A DNA stretch of 64,000 bases, from NCBI GenBank assembly GCA_000388065.2, contig KB932203.1. The stretch is one strand, 5' to 3'. This document shows, in pieces, positions 38,717-48,808 of the stretch; position 1 is the stretch's first letter, and the number at the start of each line of letters is the position of its first letter. Source of the DNA: Fonticula alba ATCC 38817. Taxonomy: Eukaryota; Protista; Nucleariida. Below the pieces are notes generated by a model. That model was not told where the DNA came from. It did no database searches and saw only the letters and a program-made list of their open reading frames with translations. Both the position numbers and the translations under genes were made by a program.

Positions 38717-41700
38717 TCAAAAGGTGGATGACAAATCGGGACTCGACTGGATGAGGCACCGGATGGGGGCCGGCCGAGCACTGACATCCGACGGGGCGGT
38801 GGCCGACGAGGAGTCCCGCTTGAACACCGGGTCCGGGGTGTTGGTCTCGTTGAAGAAGCCGAAGGAGCAAGGCCCATACTTGACGCCGGCGTTGTACTCG
38901 TGCGTGGTGGCGATCTTGAAAAGGATGTTGTACGAGCTGTATGTCCGAGAGGCGAGGGACAGTCGCGAGCAGAACTCGATCTGCAGATAAACCGGCGCCC
39001 CCCGCCCCCCCGGTCAGATGCACGGTGGAGAGATACCAAGCAGAGCACACCCGGGTCAGTCATCCAATGGAGCAGGGCAGGGGAGAGGCAACGCGCGAGG
39101 AGAGGGGGCGCAGCCATGCACGGCCAAGCACGCACCACATTGAAGCCCTCGGCCATGACGAAGATGTAGTCCAGCTTGGGCATGTTCTTGACATGGACCA
39201 GGAGAACGCCATCCGAATCGAGGCTGGCACCGACGCCAGTCACATTTGACAGGGGAATCCGGGCATTGAGCTTGGCATTTGCCCGGCCGTCGCGATTCAG
39301 CACATACAAGTTCTCGCTGGTAAGGACAAGATCCCGATTGACGGCCTTGAAGTTGGACCGGTGGCGCTTCTGCACCCGATGTGAGAAGAGAACTGACTCG
39401 TGTTCGCTGTCGACGATGCTGCTCCACCAGGGAGAGGTAGCCACATTGAGGAAGTCCCCGACGAAGGGCCGGGCCACGCTGCGTAGGCACGCACACACAC
39501 GGGAAACATGCCAAGCATCGGATTGGGGGTCAGCACAGCATCGAGGGGCAGAAGAATGGGGAGGCCGCACTCGGGGCGCGTAGCAAGAGCGGGCGTGCGA
39601 GTGTGCATGTGCGTGCGCGCGCGGACGGGAGAGAGAGAGGGAGAGAGGGAGAGAGGGAGAGAGGGAGAGANNNNNNNNNNNNNNNNNNNNNNNNNNNNNN
39701 NNNNNNNNNNNNNNNNNNNNNNNNNNNNNNNNNNNNNNNNNNNNNNNNNNNNNNNNNNNNNNNNNNNNNNNNNNNNNNNNNNNNNNNNNNNNNNNNNNNN
39801 NNNNNNNNNNNNNNNNNNNNNNNNNNNNNNNNNNNNNNNNNNNNNNNNNNNNNNNNNNNNNNNNNNNNNNNGGGAGAGAGGGAGAGAGAGGGAGAGAGAG
39901 GGAGAGAGAGGGAGAGAGAGAAAGAGCAGACCGGCCCGAGAAAAGCAGCGATCAAGGAGGGAGGAGAGGAAGAAGAGCAAACGAGGGCGCTGTGCGCACC
40001 TGGAAGGGTAGTCCGTCCGTTTGGACATGAGATTGCTGGCCTCCAGCTTAAGCTCCAGCACGCGGCGACGCTCGGGCGACAGCTGCCGGCGGTAGAGGGC
40101 CAGCTGCTGCCGGCGGTACATCGGGTAAAGGAGGGCCGAGCAGTCGGCCACCAGGGGCGAAAGCAGACGCCAGGCCGGCGTGTCGGGATGCACTGGCTGC
40201 TGGGCGGCGACCGATTGCGAGCGCGTGCTCCCGAGCGACGCGCTGCGCGGGGTCACCAACGGCCAGTGCTCCTTCTTCAGGCCGGCCGGCCCGGCGGCCG
40301 CCACCTCGGCCGCCAGGGCCAGCAAGAAGCGCCGGCGCCAGCGCAGGCGATACTGCTGCTGCAGGTACGTGGCTGCATGCTTGGGGAAGGACCGTTGCAT
40401 CCGGCGGAATTTGATGCGCGCCAGGGTGCCCCGCACGCAGGCCTGCACGATGATCACCTGGTCGCGATAGTCCAGATAGTTCATCCGGTCGTTGTAGCCA
40501 CGCCAGAGGGCCGCCAGCTTGGTGGCCGCCTGGCGCATGGCCAGGAACCGCCGGCGGTAGACAAACCGCAGGGCACATGCCCCGATCAATGAGGCCATGC
40601 GGTCCTTCGACTGGTTGCGCTGGCTTTCCAGGTCGGCCACGGTCGAGGGGTTGCGAATGAAAATCTTGGTCTTGCCCAGCACATAGACATCCTTCTGCAG
40701 GCTGGCCGCTTCGGACAGATTGGCCCCGCCGAGCTGGCTGCTCGAGGCCGAGGGGGAGGACGAGGCAGTCGGGGCGGCGGACGTCTCGGCTGCCGAGGTC
40801 TCGGCCGCGGTGTCAGCCGCCGCGGAGTTCAGGGCATTCGCGGCCGGGGCGCCGCCGGATGTGGAGCCGCTGCTTTCGCGCCGGAGTTGCACGCCGGACT
40901 CCGGGAAAGCCGCCTGCATGATGTCATGCACCGCCTGTTCCAGGGTCAAGCCCTTCTTTTTGTAGCAAGGCCAAGTGGTGGGGGCAAGCTATGCGGGGCC
41001 AGGGTGCGATGGAGTGCGAGTTAGGCATGGGGCTGGGCCGACGACCGGGGGGGGGNNNNNNNNNNNNNNNNNNNNNNNNNNNNNNNNNNNNNNNNNNNNN
41101 NNNNNNNNNNNNNNNNNNNNGGGAGCGACATTCGAGGCCAAGGCGCACCATCTTGTAGCGCTCAACGAAAGTCTCAAACGTTTGGCGGAAGCAGAAGCCT
41201 GCCCGACGAACGCGAACATTCTCCAGAAGACTGTGAGCCAGGCAGGGGGGGGGGGGGCAACAAAAGCGCGTGGCCATGTAAATGGGGCGAAGAGGTCCGG
41301 CGGCCGGGCGAGACGAAGCGGGGCGGAAAGACCAAAAGCGCAAGGCCGATGCGGCCACATACCCGAGGTAGCGAACCTGGTGAGAAACCAGCTCCGCATC
41401 AAACATGTGAGGCTGCTGCTGGCCATTGGGCTTGATGCAGCGCACATAGTGCGGGTGTTTGGAGAGGAGGTTGTTCATCAGCTCGTCCATGGATTTCTGT
41501 CATCCCGAGGAGGAGGAGGAGGAGGAGGAGTGGGAAGGGAAAGGGGCATGTTAGAGCCACGGGGCCGGTGGGCAGGCGAAGAGCAAGGCAAATGCGGCTG
41601 GAGGGTCGGGCCGGGAGGAAGGGCGAAAAAGCCAGTCGTACCCGGAAGCTGGAGCTGGCCGAGAGGGGCCGCTTCAGATCCACGGTGGCCGGGCCCTCGG

Positions 41701-43913
41701 GGAAGAGTTGGCTATTTGTGGCGCGCACACCAAGGAGGGAGCAAGGGATTGGGAGAGAGAGAGAGAGAGAGGCGGGGGAGGGGGAGACAGGAGAAAAGGG
41801 GAGAGGCTGACGTCAGTACGTGCATGCATGGCAGGTCATGTGGAGGAGGCACGAGGGGCAGGAGGGGCAAGAGAAAGGAAGGAGGGGGGAGGGGGGGGGG
41901 GGGGAAGTGAGGGCAAAAGTCGCCGTGGGTTTGGCCAACACACGCACCGAACAATCTCCAAGGTGGAGGAGTTCATGCAGTGCTGGAGGTCGCGGAAGAG
42001 GGTGTCGCGGTTCTTCTCGACAAAGAGCTCGGCCTCATACTGCACATCGCCAGCGTAATGCTTCAGGCGGAAGTCACATGGGCCGAGGGTCTTGTCACTG
42101 CGGTGGTTGGCCCGGGTGACGAAGTGCGGGTGCTCACCGAAGGCCATGTTTAGCTTGGCCATCAGGGTGCCGGTGGTCACCTCGCCGGGCAGCAGGCACT
42201 CATCATCGAGAAGATCGATGATACCATGCTTGCGCTGTGGGGCATTTATGTGTGCGTGTGCGTGTGCGTGTGCGTGTGCGTGTGCGTGGGGGGCAGAGGC
42301 GAGAGGGAGGACGGATGTGTCAGGCCGGAGGGCAGGGGTCATGCCGGGAAGGGGGGAACGCGCCACGCCGGTGACAGCAGGGCAAAGGGAGGGGGCCATA
42401 AAAGGGGCGGGCAGCGGACCTCCTCGATGAGCTTGCAGATGATGGCGTTGTCGAAGAAGTCCACCGGGGAGTTCCACTGGACACCCTCGCGCTCGTACTC
42501 CAGCTGCTCTTCGCGCAGGGTGCGCTCGATGAACAGCTGCTGCAGCTTCTCGTTGCAGTAGTTGATGCAAAACTGCTCGAAGGAGTTGGTCTGCAGCACC
42601 TCAAAGCCGTAGATGTCCAGCACACCGATGACCGAGCCGCGGGGCTCCCCCTCGACGGCCCGGCGGACGGTGGGCTTGATGGAGGCCAGGGTGGCTTGGT
42701 ACTTCTTGCTGTCGGCCAGCATGGCCTGCAGGCGGCGGCGGCGGCGCTCCAGCGGCGTCAGGGCCGAGCTGGACCGGACATTCGAGCCGGAGGGGGACTC
42801 CCGCAGGCCGGCCCCCCCGGCCGAGGCCTCCGAGTGCGTGGAATGCACGGACTGCCGGTCGGCATCGGCGTCGACCAGCGACAGGCCGGACGCCGCACGC
42901 GACATGCCGGCCGGGCTGGTCACCCCGGACGCGGCCGCCGCCTCGCGGAAGCGCGCCTCCACCACATCCCGGCGGATGTTGCCGTTGATGGTGTGAACCA
43001 CATGCGAGAAGAGCCGATCGTAGATGGCCTTGGCCAGGGCGTCACGCGAATTGACCGCGGCCTTGAGATTGAGCCCGACACGCATGTCGGCCCCGGCGCG
43101 CGAGGAATCCTTCACGGTCCGGTGCGTCAGCGAGAAGGCCAGCGCCGTGCGGTCGACCCCGAGCAGCCGCGCCGCCATGTCGAAGTGGTGCCCATCGACC
43201 ACGGTGGCCGCCGAGGGATCGGCCCCGGGGAGGGCAATCCCCTGGGGCCAGCCCGGGCCGCGGATTTCCACATTGCCCAGGTGCAGGACCGCCGCCACCA
43301 GCTGGTCAATGGCGTCAATTTGCTCGGCGGTGAAGCCGACCGTCTGCATGGCATCGCGCACGGCCACATGCTCCAGTCGGTCGTTCACCCCGTCGATGGA
43401 GTAGACCGAGCCATAGGCGCCGAGGTACTTGTACTGCTCGGGGTTGTTGGCCAGGCCGAGCTGGTCTGTGGAGTGGGGCAGGGTGGGGGCAGGATNNNNN
43501 NNNNNNNNNNNNNNNNNNNNNNNNNNNNNNNNNNNNNNNNNNNNNNNNNNNNNNNNNNNNNNNNNNNNNNNNNNNNNNNNNNNNNNNNNNNNNNNNNNNN
43601 NNNNNNNNNNNNNNNNNNNNNNNNNNNNNNNNNNNNNNNNNNNNNNNNNNNNNNNNNNNNNNNNNNNNNNNNNNNNNNNNNNNNNNNNNNNNNNNNNNNN
43701 NNNNNNNNNNNNNNNNNNNNNNNNNNNNNNNNNGGGGGGAGAGAGGAGGGAGAGGGGGGAGTGGGCTCCAGCGAAAGGGCGTCCAGAGGCGCACCCAGGC
43801 GCTCCGGGGTCGATCCACGCAGGAGCTGATAGAATTTGTGGAAGTTGCGCTCGCCTGGGGCGTGGTGAATGACGCGCGACTATGGCCAGGATGTGGGAAG
43901 ACGGGAGTTAGGA

Positions 43914-43950
<37 letters not shown>

Positions 43951-45157
43951 GGGAGGGAGGATCGGCGGGCCGGAGACCGAGATGCCATGCCCAGAAGCAC
44001 CTTCTCCAGGAGATCTACAGGGGAGGACACGCGTGCCAGGCCGGCAGGGGGTGACAAAAGAGGGTTAGTGTGCGTATGGGAGAGAGAGAGAGAGAGAGCG
44101 GGAGAGAGGGAAAGGGCGCAGGAGGGAGGAAAGAGGGAGGGGGCGTGTCACGCACACTGGGTGATGACACCACCAGCGGGGGAGCCGCGGAAGTCGAACT
44201 CCAGGTCCATGTACTTGCCCTGTTGGCCGAGGCCAGGGAGAGGGGGGGGAAGAAAGAGTTAGCGCCTGCGCGAGGGCACGCAGAGAGTAGGACAGACTGC
44301 CAAGCCGAGGGGCTACGCACAAAGCGGGAGGAGTTGTTGTTTCGCGAGGTCTTGGCATTGCCGAAGGCTGACGCATGATAAGAGGCCAGGCGACGGCCGG
44401 ATGGGTTGGAGGGCGCGTTGGTGAGTGGGCAGGGGGGCGGGCAGGGGGGCACGGGGAAAGGCGGACGCACCCTCGAGCACCGGGTTCGCATTGAGCAGCT
44501 GATCGCGGATGGTCTTGATGCGTTCGCTGTCACTGCGGACACTGGTGGCCGCGATGTAGCGCATGATCAGCTTCGATGCCTCGGTCTTACCGGCACCCGA
44601 CTCGCCGGAGATGAGAATGCACTGATCCTCACCGCGGTCGCGCATGTTCCGGTATGCCGAGTCGGCGATCGAGTAGCTGAACAGGGGGGGGGGGACCGCG
44701 GCGCATGGCAGGGGGAGGTGTCAGTGGGGCAGACAGAGCACGCAGAGAGAGAGAGAGAGAGAGAAAGAGAGGGGGGGAGAGAGGGGCGGGCCCCGCCGAG
44801 GAGGACGCACATATGCGGCGGAAGGTTGTACGAGCTGTTGGACCGGTACTGGTCGATAACCCGGTCCGAGTAGAGATCGCCCATGGACCGGTACGGGTTG
44901 ACTGCCACAACAACATGGCCGATGAAAGTCTGGGCGGAGGGGCGGGGAGCGGGGAGCGGGGGCAAGGTGGGAGAGGGGAAGAGGGTCAGCGGGCAGCCGG
45001 GCTCGGGGGGGGGGGGGACCAGGCGAGCCGAGTAGGGGCATACGTAAATCTCATTGGCCTTGAAGCGCGTCTCGAGGTTCTCGACAAAAAGCTTCTCGGA
45101 CACCTCGGCCATGAGGCCGAAGTCCCGGAGCCCGGGCTCATTGAGCTCGACGCTCAT
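38717..45157 (-). CDS. MYO1: Class I myosin, short-tailed (motor + IQ motifs + TH1, no SH3 seen); many exons, three N-gaps
   Basis: MSVELNEPGLRDF..LFVENLETRFKANEIY|TFIGHVVVAVNPY, P-loop ILISGESGAGKTEASK, LE|AFGNAKTSRNNNSSRF|GKYM, RDALAKAIY, IGVLDIYGFE..NSFEQFCINYCNEKLQQ, FRLKHYAGDVQY, PHYVRCIKPN, LGKTKIFIR, IQ-like repeats and TH1 (VLFSHRVQKRHR..VNRDLVLT). TGA at 38717-38719. Confidence 0.93.
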
Positions 45158-47891
45158 TGCACAGCGGGAGGAGAAGGGTTGGGGAGGGCTGGCCAGGGGG
45201 CAAGAGGAGAGAAGGGGGCGCGGGGCAACGGGAGCAGGGCGAAAAAGGGGTGGAGGAGAAGGGGGAGGGGGGGGGGGGGAAGGAGCTCCAGTAGGGAAAG
45301 CACGCTGGCGGGGGAGATCCCCGCCCCCGGGCGCCGGGGCACTGCCCGATGACTCGATCCCCCCCCCCCCCCCCTCCGGGGGTGCCTCGAAGGGTGGTGG
45401 TCTGGACGCAGGTGGGGGGGGAGTGGAGCACGCTGCCGCTCGCGATCCGGTCACGTAGGTGCGTTGTCCCACGTTGGGGGGCGGGCTGCGAGCGGGGGGG
45501 GGGCTCTGCTCGACCCGGCCCTGGCGTCGAGACATCGCGCGGGCGGGTGGCGGGACAATCGGCCAGCCGGGGGCGTGCGGACTGGCGGAACCGAGGCAGG
45601 CGTACCAGATTGCCCTGGCAATGGGGGTCGTTATTTCGGGGTCGATCCGTCGGTTTCCGCGCGGGCGCGCGGAAACACACGCACACGCCCGCCCGCACCC
45701 ATGTGCGCGCACAGACGCAGGCGCTTGCCCCCCAAACACAGGGCGGCGGGACTTGCACGCGCTGACACCGGCGTGTGTGTATGTGTGTGGGGGGGGGGCG
45801 GGGGTGGGCGGGCTCGGGCTTTCCGGCCGGCAGTGCGAACACGGAAAGGGCGCCGCGCATGAGCTTATCTCGAAAATCAATGTGCATAACGGAAATTGGC
45901 AAACGGCCGGGATTAATGAATGGCCGCCCGGGTCCGGGCGCTCGTCGGACCGGGGGGAGACGCGAGAAGCCGCCCTCCCGAAGGGCAAGCGCCCGCGGTC
46001 AGCTAGCGGTCATCCCCGGTTTCTGCCTGCCGGCCTGCCTGCGATGTGTCCAGGACAAGGTGCCAGGGGGTGGCGGGGGACTGCAGAAGCCCGCCGGCAG
46101 GCGGACCTGGGCACCCGCCGGCCGGAGTGGCCCGGCGGTGACCAGGCACGCCCCCTCAAGAGAGCGAGAGGGAGGCACCGCGCACGGCGCCTGTGTCCGG
46201 GGAGGGGGGGGGGGGNNNNNNNNNNNNNNNNNNNNNNNNNNNNNNNNNNNNNNNNNNNNNNNNNNNNNNNNNNNNNNNNNNNNNNNNNNNNNNNNNNNNN
46301 NNNNNNNNNNNNNNNNNNNNNNNNNNNNNNNNNNNNNNNNNNNNNNNNNNNNNNNNNNNNNNNNNNNNNNNNNNNNNNNNNNNNNNNNNNNNNNNNNNNN
46401 NNNNNNNNNNNNNNNNNNNNNNNNNNNNNNNNNNNNNNNNNNNNNNNNNNNNNNNNNNNNNNNNNNNNNNNNNNNNNNNNNNNNNNNNNNNNNNNNNNNN
46501 NNNNNNNNNNNNNNNNNNNNNNNNNNNNNNNNNNNNNNNNNNNNNNNNNNNNNNNNNNNNNNNNNNNNNNNNNNNNNNNNNNNNNNNNNNNNNNNNNNNN
46601 NNNNNNNNNNNNNNNNNNNNNNNNNNNNNNNNNNNNNNNNNNNNNNNNNNNNNNNNNNNNNNNNNNNNNNNNNNNNNNNNNNNNNNNNNNNNNNNNNNNN
46701 NNNNNNNNNNNNNNNNNNNNNNNNNNNNNNNNNNNNNNNNNNNNNNNNNNNNNNNNNNNNNNNNNNNNNNNNNNNNNNNNNNNNNNNNNNNNNNNNNNNN
46801 NNNNNNNNNNNNNNNNNNNNNNNNNNNNNNNNNNNNNNNNNNNNNNNNNNNNNNNNNNNNNNNNNNNNNNNNNNNNNNNNNNNNNNNNNNNNNNNNNNNN
46901 NNNNNNNNNNNNNNNNNNNNNNNNNNNNNNNNNNNNNNNNNNNNNNNNNNNNNNNNNNNNNNNNNNNNNNNNNNNNNNNNNNNNNNNNNNNNNNNNNNNN
47001 NNNNNNNNNNNNNNNNNNNNNNNNNNNNNNNNNNNNNNNNNNNNNNNNNNNNNNNNNNNNCACACACACACACACACACACACACATGTGCGCGCGCGCG
47101 CGGAAATCCGCGCACATACACGCCCAAAGGGACCGGTGCCGCGCTGCGCCTAGGGTTGATTTAGGGTAGTCGGTTGGCATTTGGGAAGCCCCCCGGCTGC
47201 CGGCGGACCCGCGCCAGCGATCACCCTCCTCCCTCTGGACCGGGGGGAGGCACACCAAGCCGCCATACCGCCCCACCCAGAGGCTGAGGCCGAAGCGAGG
47301 CGGGAAGCCTGTTCGATGGACACGATCATTGTGTGCGTGTGTGTGTGCGGGGGAGGGGGGGGGGGATGATGTTTCACCTCATTAACACCAGGGCGGCCCG
47401 GCGCGCCCGCGGCCCGGGGGGAGGCTGGCGGGTACTGCGCGTTGGCGATGGCGTCGCCCCCCCCCCCTCCCCCACTCGCCACCACTTGGGGGGAGGTGAG
47501 CACAGTGGCCGGGGGAATGTGCGAGCCCGGGGAGAAGAGGCTGGCCCCCAGCACATGCGCATTTGCACGACAATTCAGGGGGATATTTGACAGCCATGTG
47601 GATGAGGCAGGGTTCTTGCCGACTCAACTTTACGTCAAAGGAGCGAGGCTTTGACGGAGGCTATGCCGTAAATCTCGCCGCTGGCCAGTGACCATCCTCG
47701 GCCAAAGGAGGGGCGTGCCGGACCAGCATGGGGGGGAGGGACAGTGTTACTTGCGAAGGGGGCGCGCGGTGATGCGGCCCAGGGGGGGAGGCCCGAGTTA
47801 GTGGGCAAGCAACATGGACAACACTTCGGGCAGCCAAGGGCTTCCCCTCTCGAAGCCTTGGAACAGACGCTCGCAGGCCGAGGCTTCGAAG

Positions 47892-47960
47892 GCCATCCTT
47901 TCGCATACTCTCCGATACACACGATCATCAGCTGCTAAGGCTTTCTGCTCTCAGGAGGCT
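47892..47960 (-). ncRNA. Type III hammerhead ribozyme motif
   Basis: Minus strand: agCCU-C | CUG agagcagaaagccuuag CAG | CUGAUGA | uCGUGU guaucgga gAGUAUGc-type stem II | GAA | AGG. CUGAUGA = 47931-47925, GAAA = 47902-47899, CUC triplet with predicted cleavage between 47955 and 47954. Stem I CUG/CAG, stem III CCU/AGG. Position 10.1-11.1 is a U.C mismatch. Confidence 0.62.
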
Positions 47961-48778
47961 CTCTCAATGGGCGCCCGCCTTCGGGCCTTGTGTTGGCCGA
48001 GGGCCGGATTTGAGTACCCCCGCGTAGACGCGTGTCGCCCCCCCCCCTCTTGCCTGGGCCTTTTGCCCGTAATGGGTCCCCGGTACCGGGAGGCCTCCCG
48101 GCTCCCGTGCGACCCCGCATTCCTCCACCGATGGAATACTATTCCGCTGTGCCTGACTGCTTCACGGGATCCACTTATGGGGTGTTAACTGACCAGTGAT
48201 TCGATTCGCGGCGCTGGGGATGCCATGTCATCCGATGTAGCAGGGTTCTCACGGATCCAGTCTTACGTCAAAGGAGTGAAGCTTTGACGGAAGCTATACC
48301 GGAAATCTTACTACTGGTTAGGGACCGCTCGGGCATGAAGGAGGGCGTACCGAACCAGAAGGGNNNNNNNNNNNNNNNNNNNNNNNNNNNNNNNNNNNNN
48401 NNNNNNNNNNNNNNNNNNNNNNNNNNNNNNNNNNNNNNNNNNNNNNNNNNNNNNNNNNNNNNNNNNNNNNNNNNNNNNNNNNNNNNNNNNNNNNNNNNNN
48501 NNNNNNNNNNNNNNNNNNNNNNNNNNNNNNNNNNNNNNNNNNNNNNNNNNNNNNNNNNNNNNNNNNNNNNNNNNNNNNNNNNNNNNNNNNNNNNNNNNNN
48601 NNNNNNNNNNNNNNNNNNNNNNNNNNNNNNNNNNNNNNNNNNNNNNNNNNNNNNNNNNNNNNNNNNNNNNNNNNNNNNNNNNNNNNNNNNNNNNNNNNNN
48701 NNNNNNNNNNNNNNNNNNNNNNNNNNNNNNNNNNNNNNNNNNNNNNNNNNNNNNNNNNNNNNNNNNNNNNNNNNNNNN

Positions 48779-48808
48779 AGCTGCTAAGGTCTTCGCTCTC
48801 AGGAGGCT
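48779..48808 (-). ncRNA. 5' half of a second hammerhead motif; the rest falls in the N-gap
   Basis: Minus strand GAGCCUC-CUG-agagcgaagaccuuag-CAG-CU, ending exactly at the gap. Same cleavage triplet and stem I as copy 1; only the loop differs. Confidence 0.5.

Noticed and set aside
45459-47276. 300-560 aa ORFs spanning the N-gaps (also near 13.7-15.6 kb, 48.3-49.0 kb and 61.4-62.6 kb)
   Set aside because: Their length comes from runs of X translated from N; there is no coding evidence.
47598-47654. Short peptide similarity between repeat units (DEAGFLPTQLYVKGARL* vs DVAGFSRIQSYVKGVKL*)
   Set aside because: It is a by-product of nucleotide similarity. Stops interrupt the frames and substitutions are not biased to third positions.
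47650-47675. Possible plus-strand hammerhead in the repeat (TTGACGG..stem..(G/T)AAA)
   Set aside because: The core deviates from CUGANGA, GAAA is not conserved in unit 1, and no stem I/III could be built.
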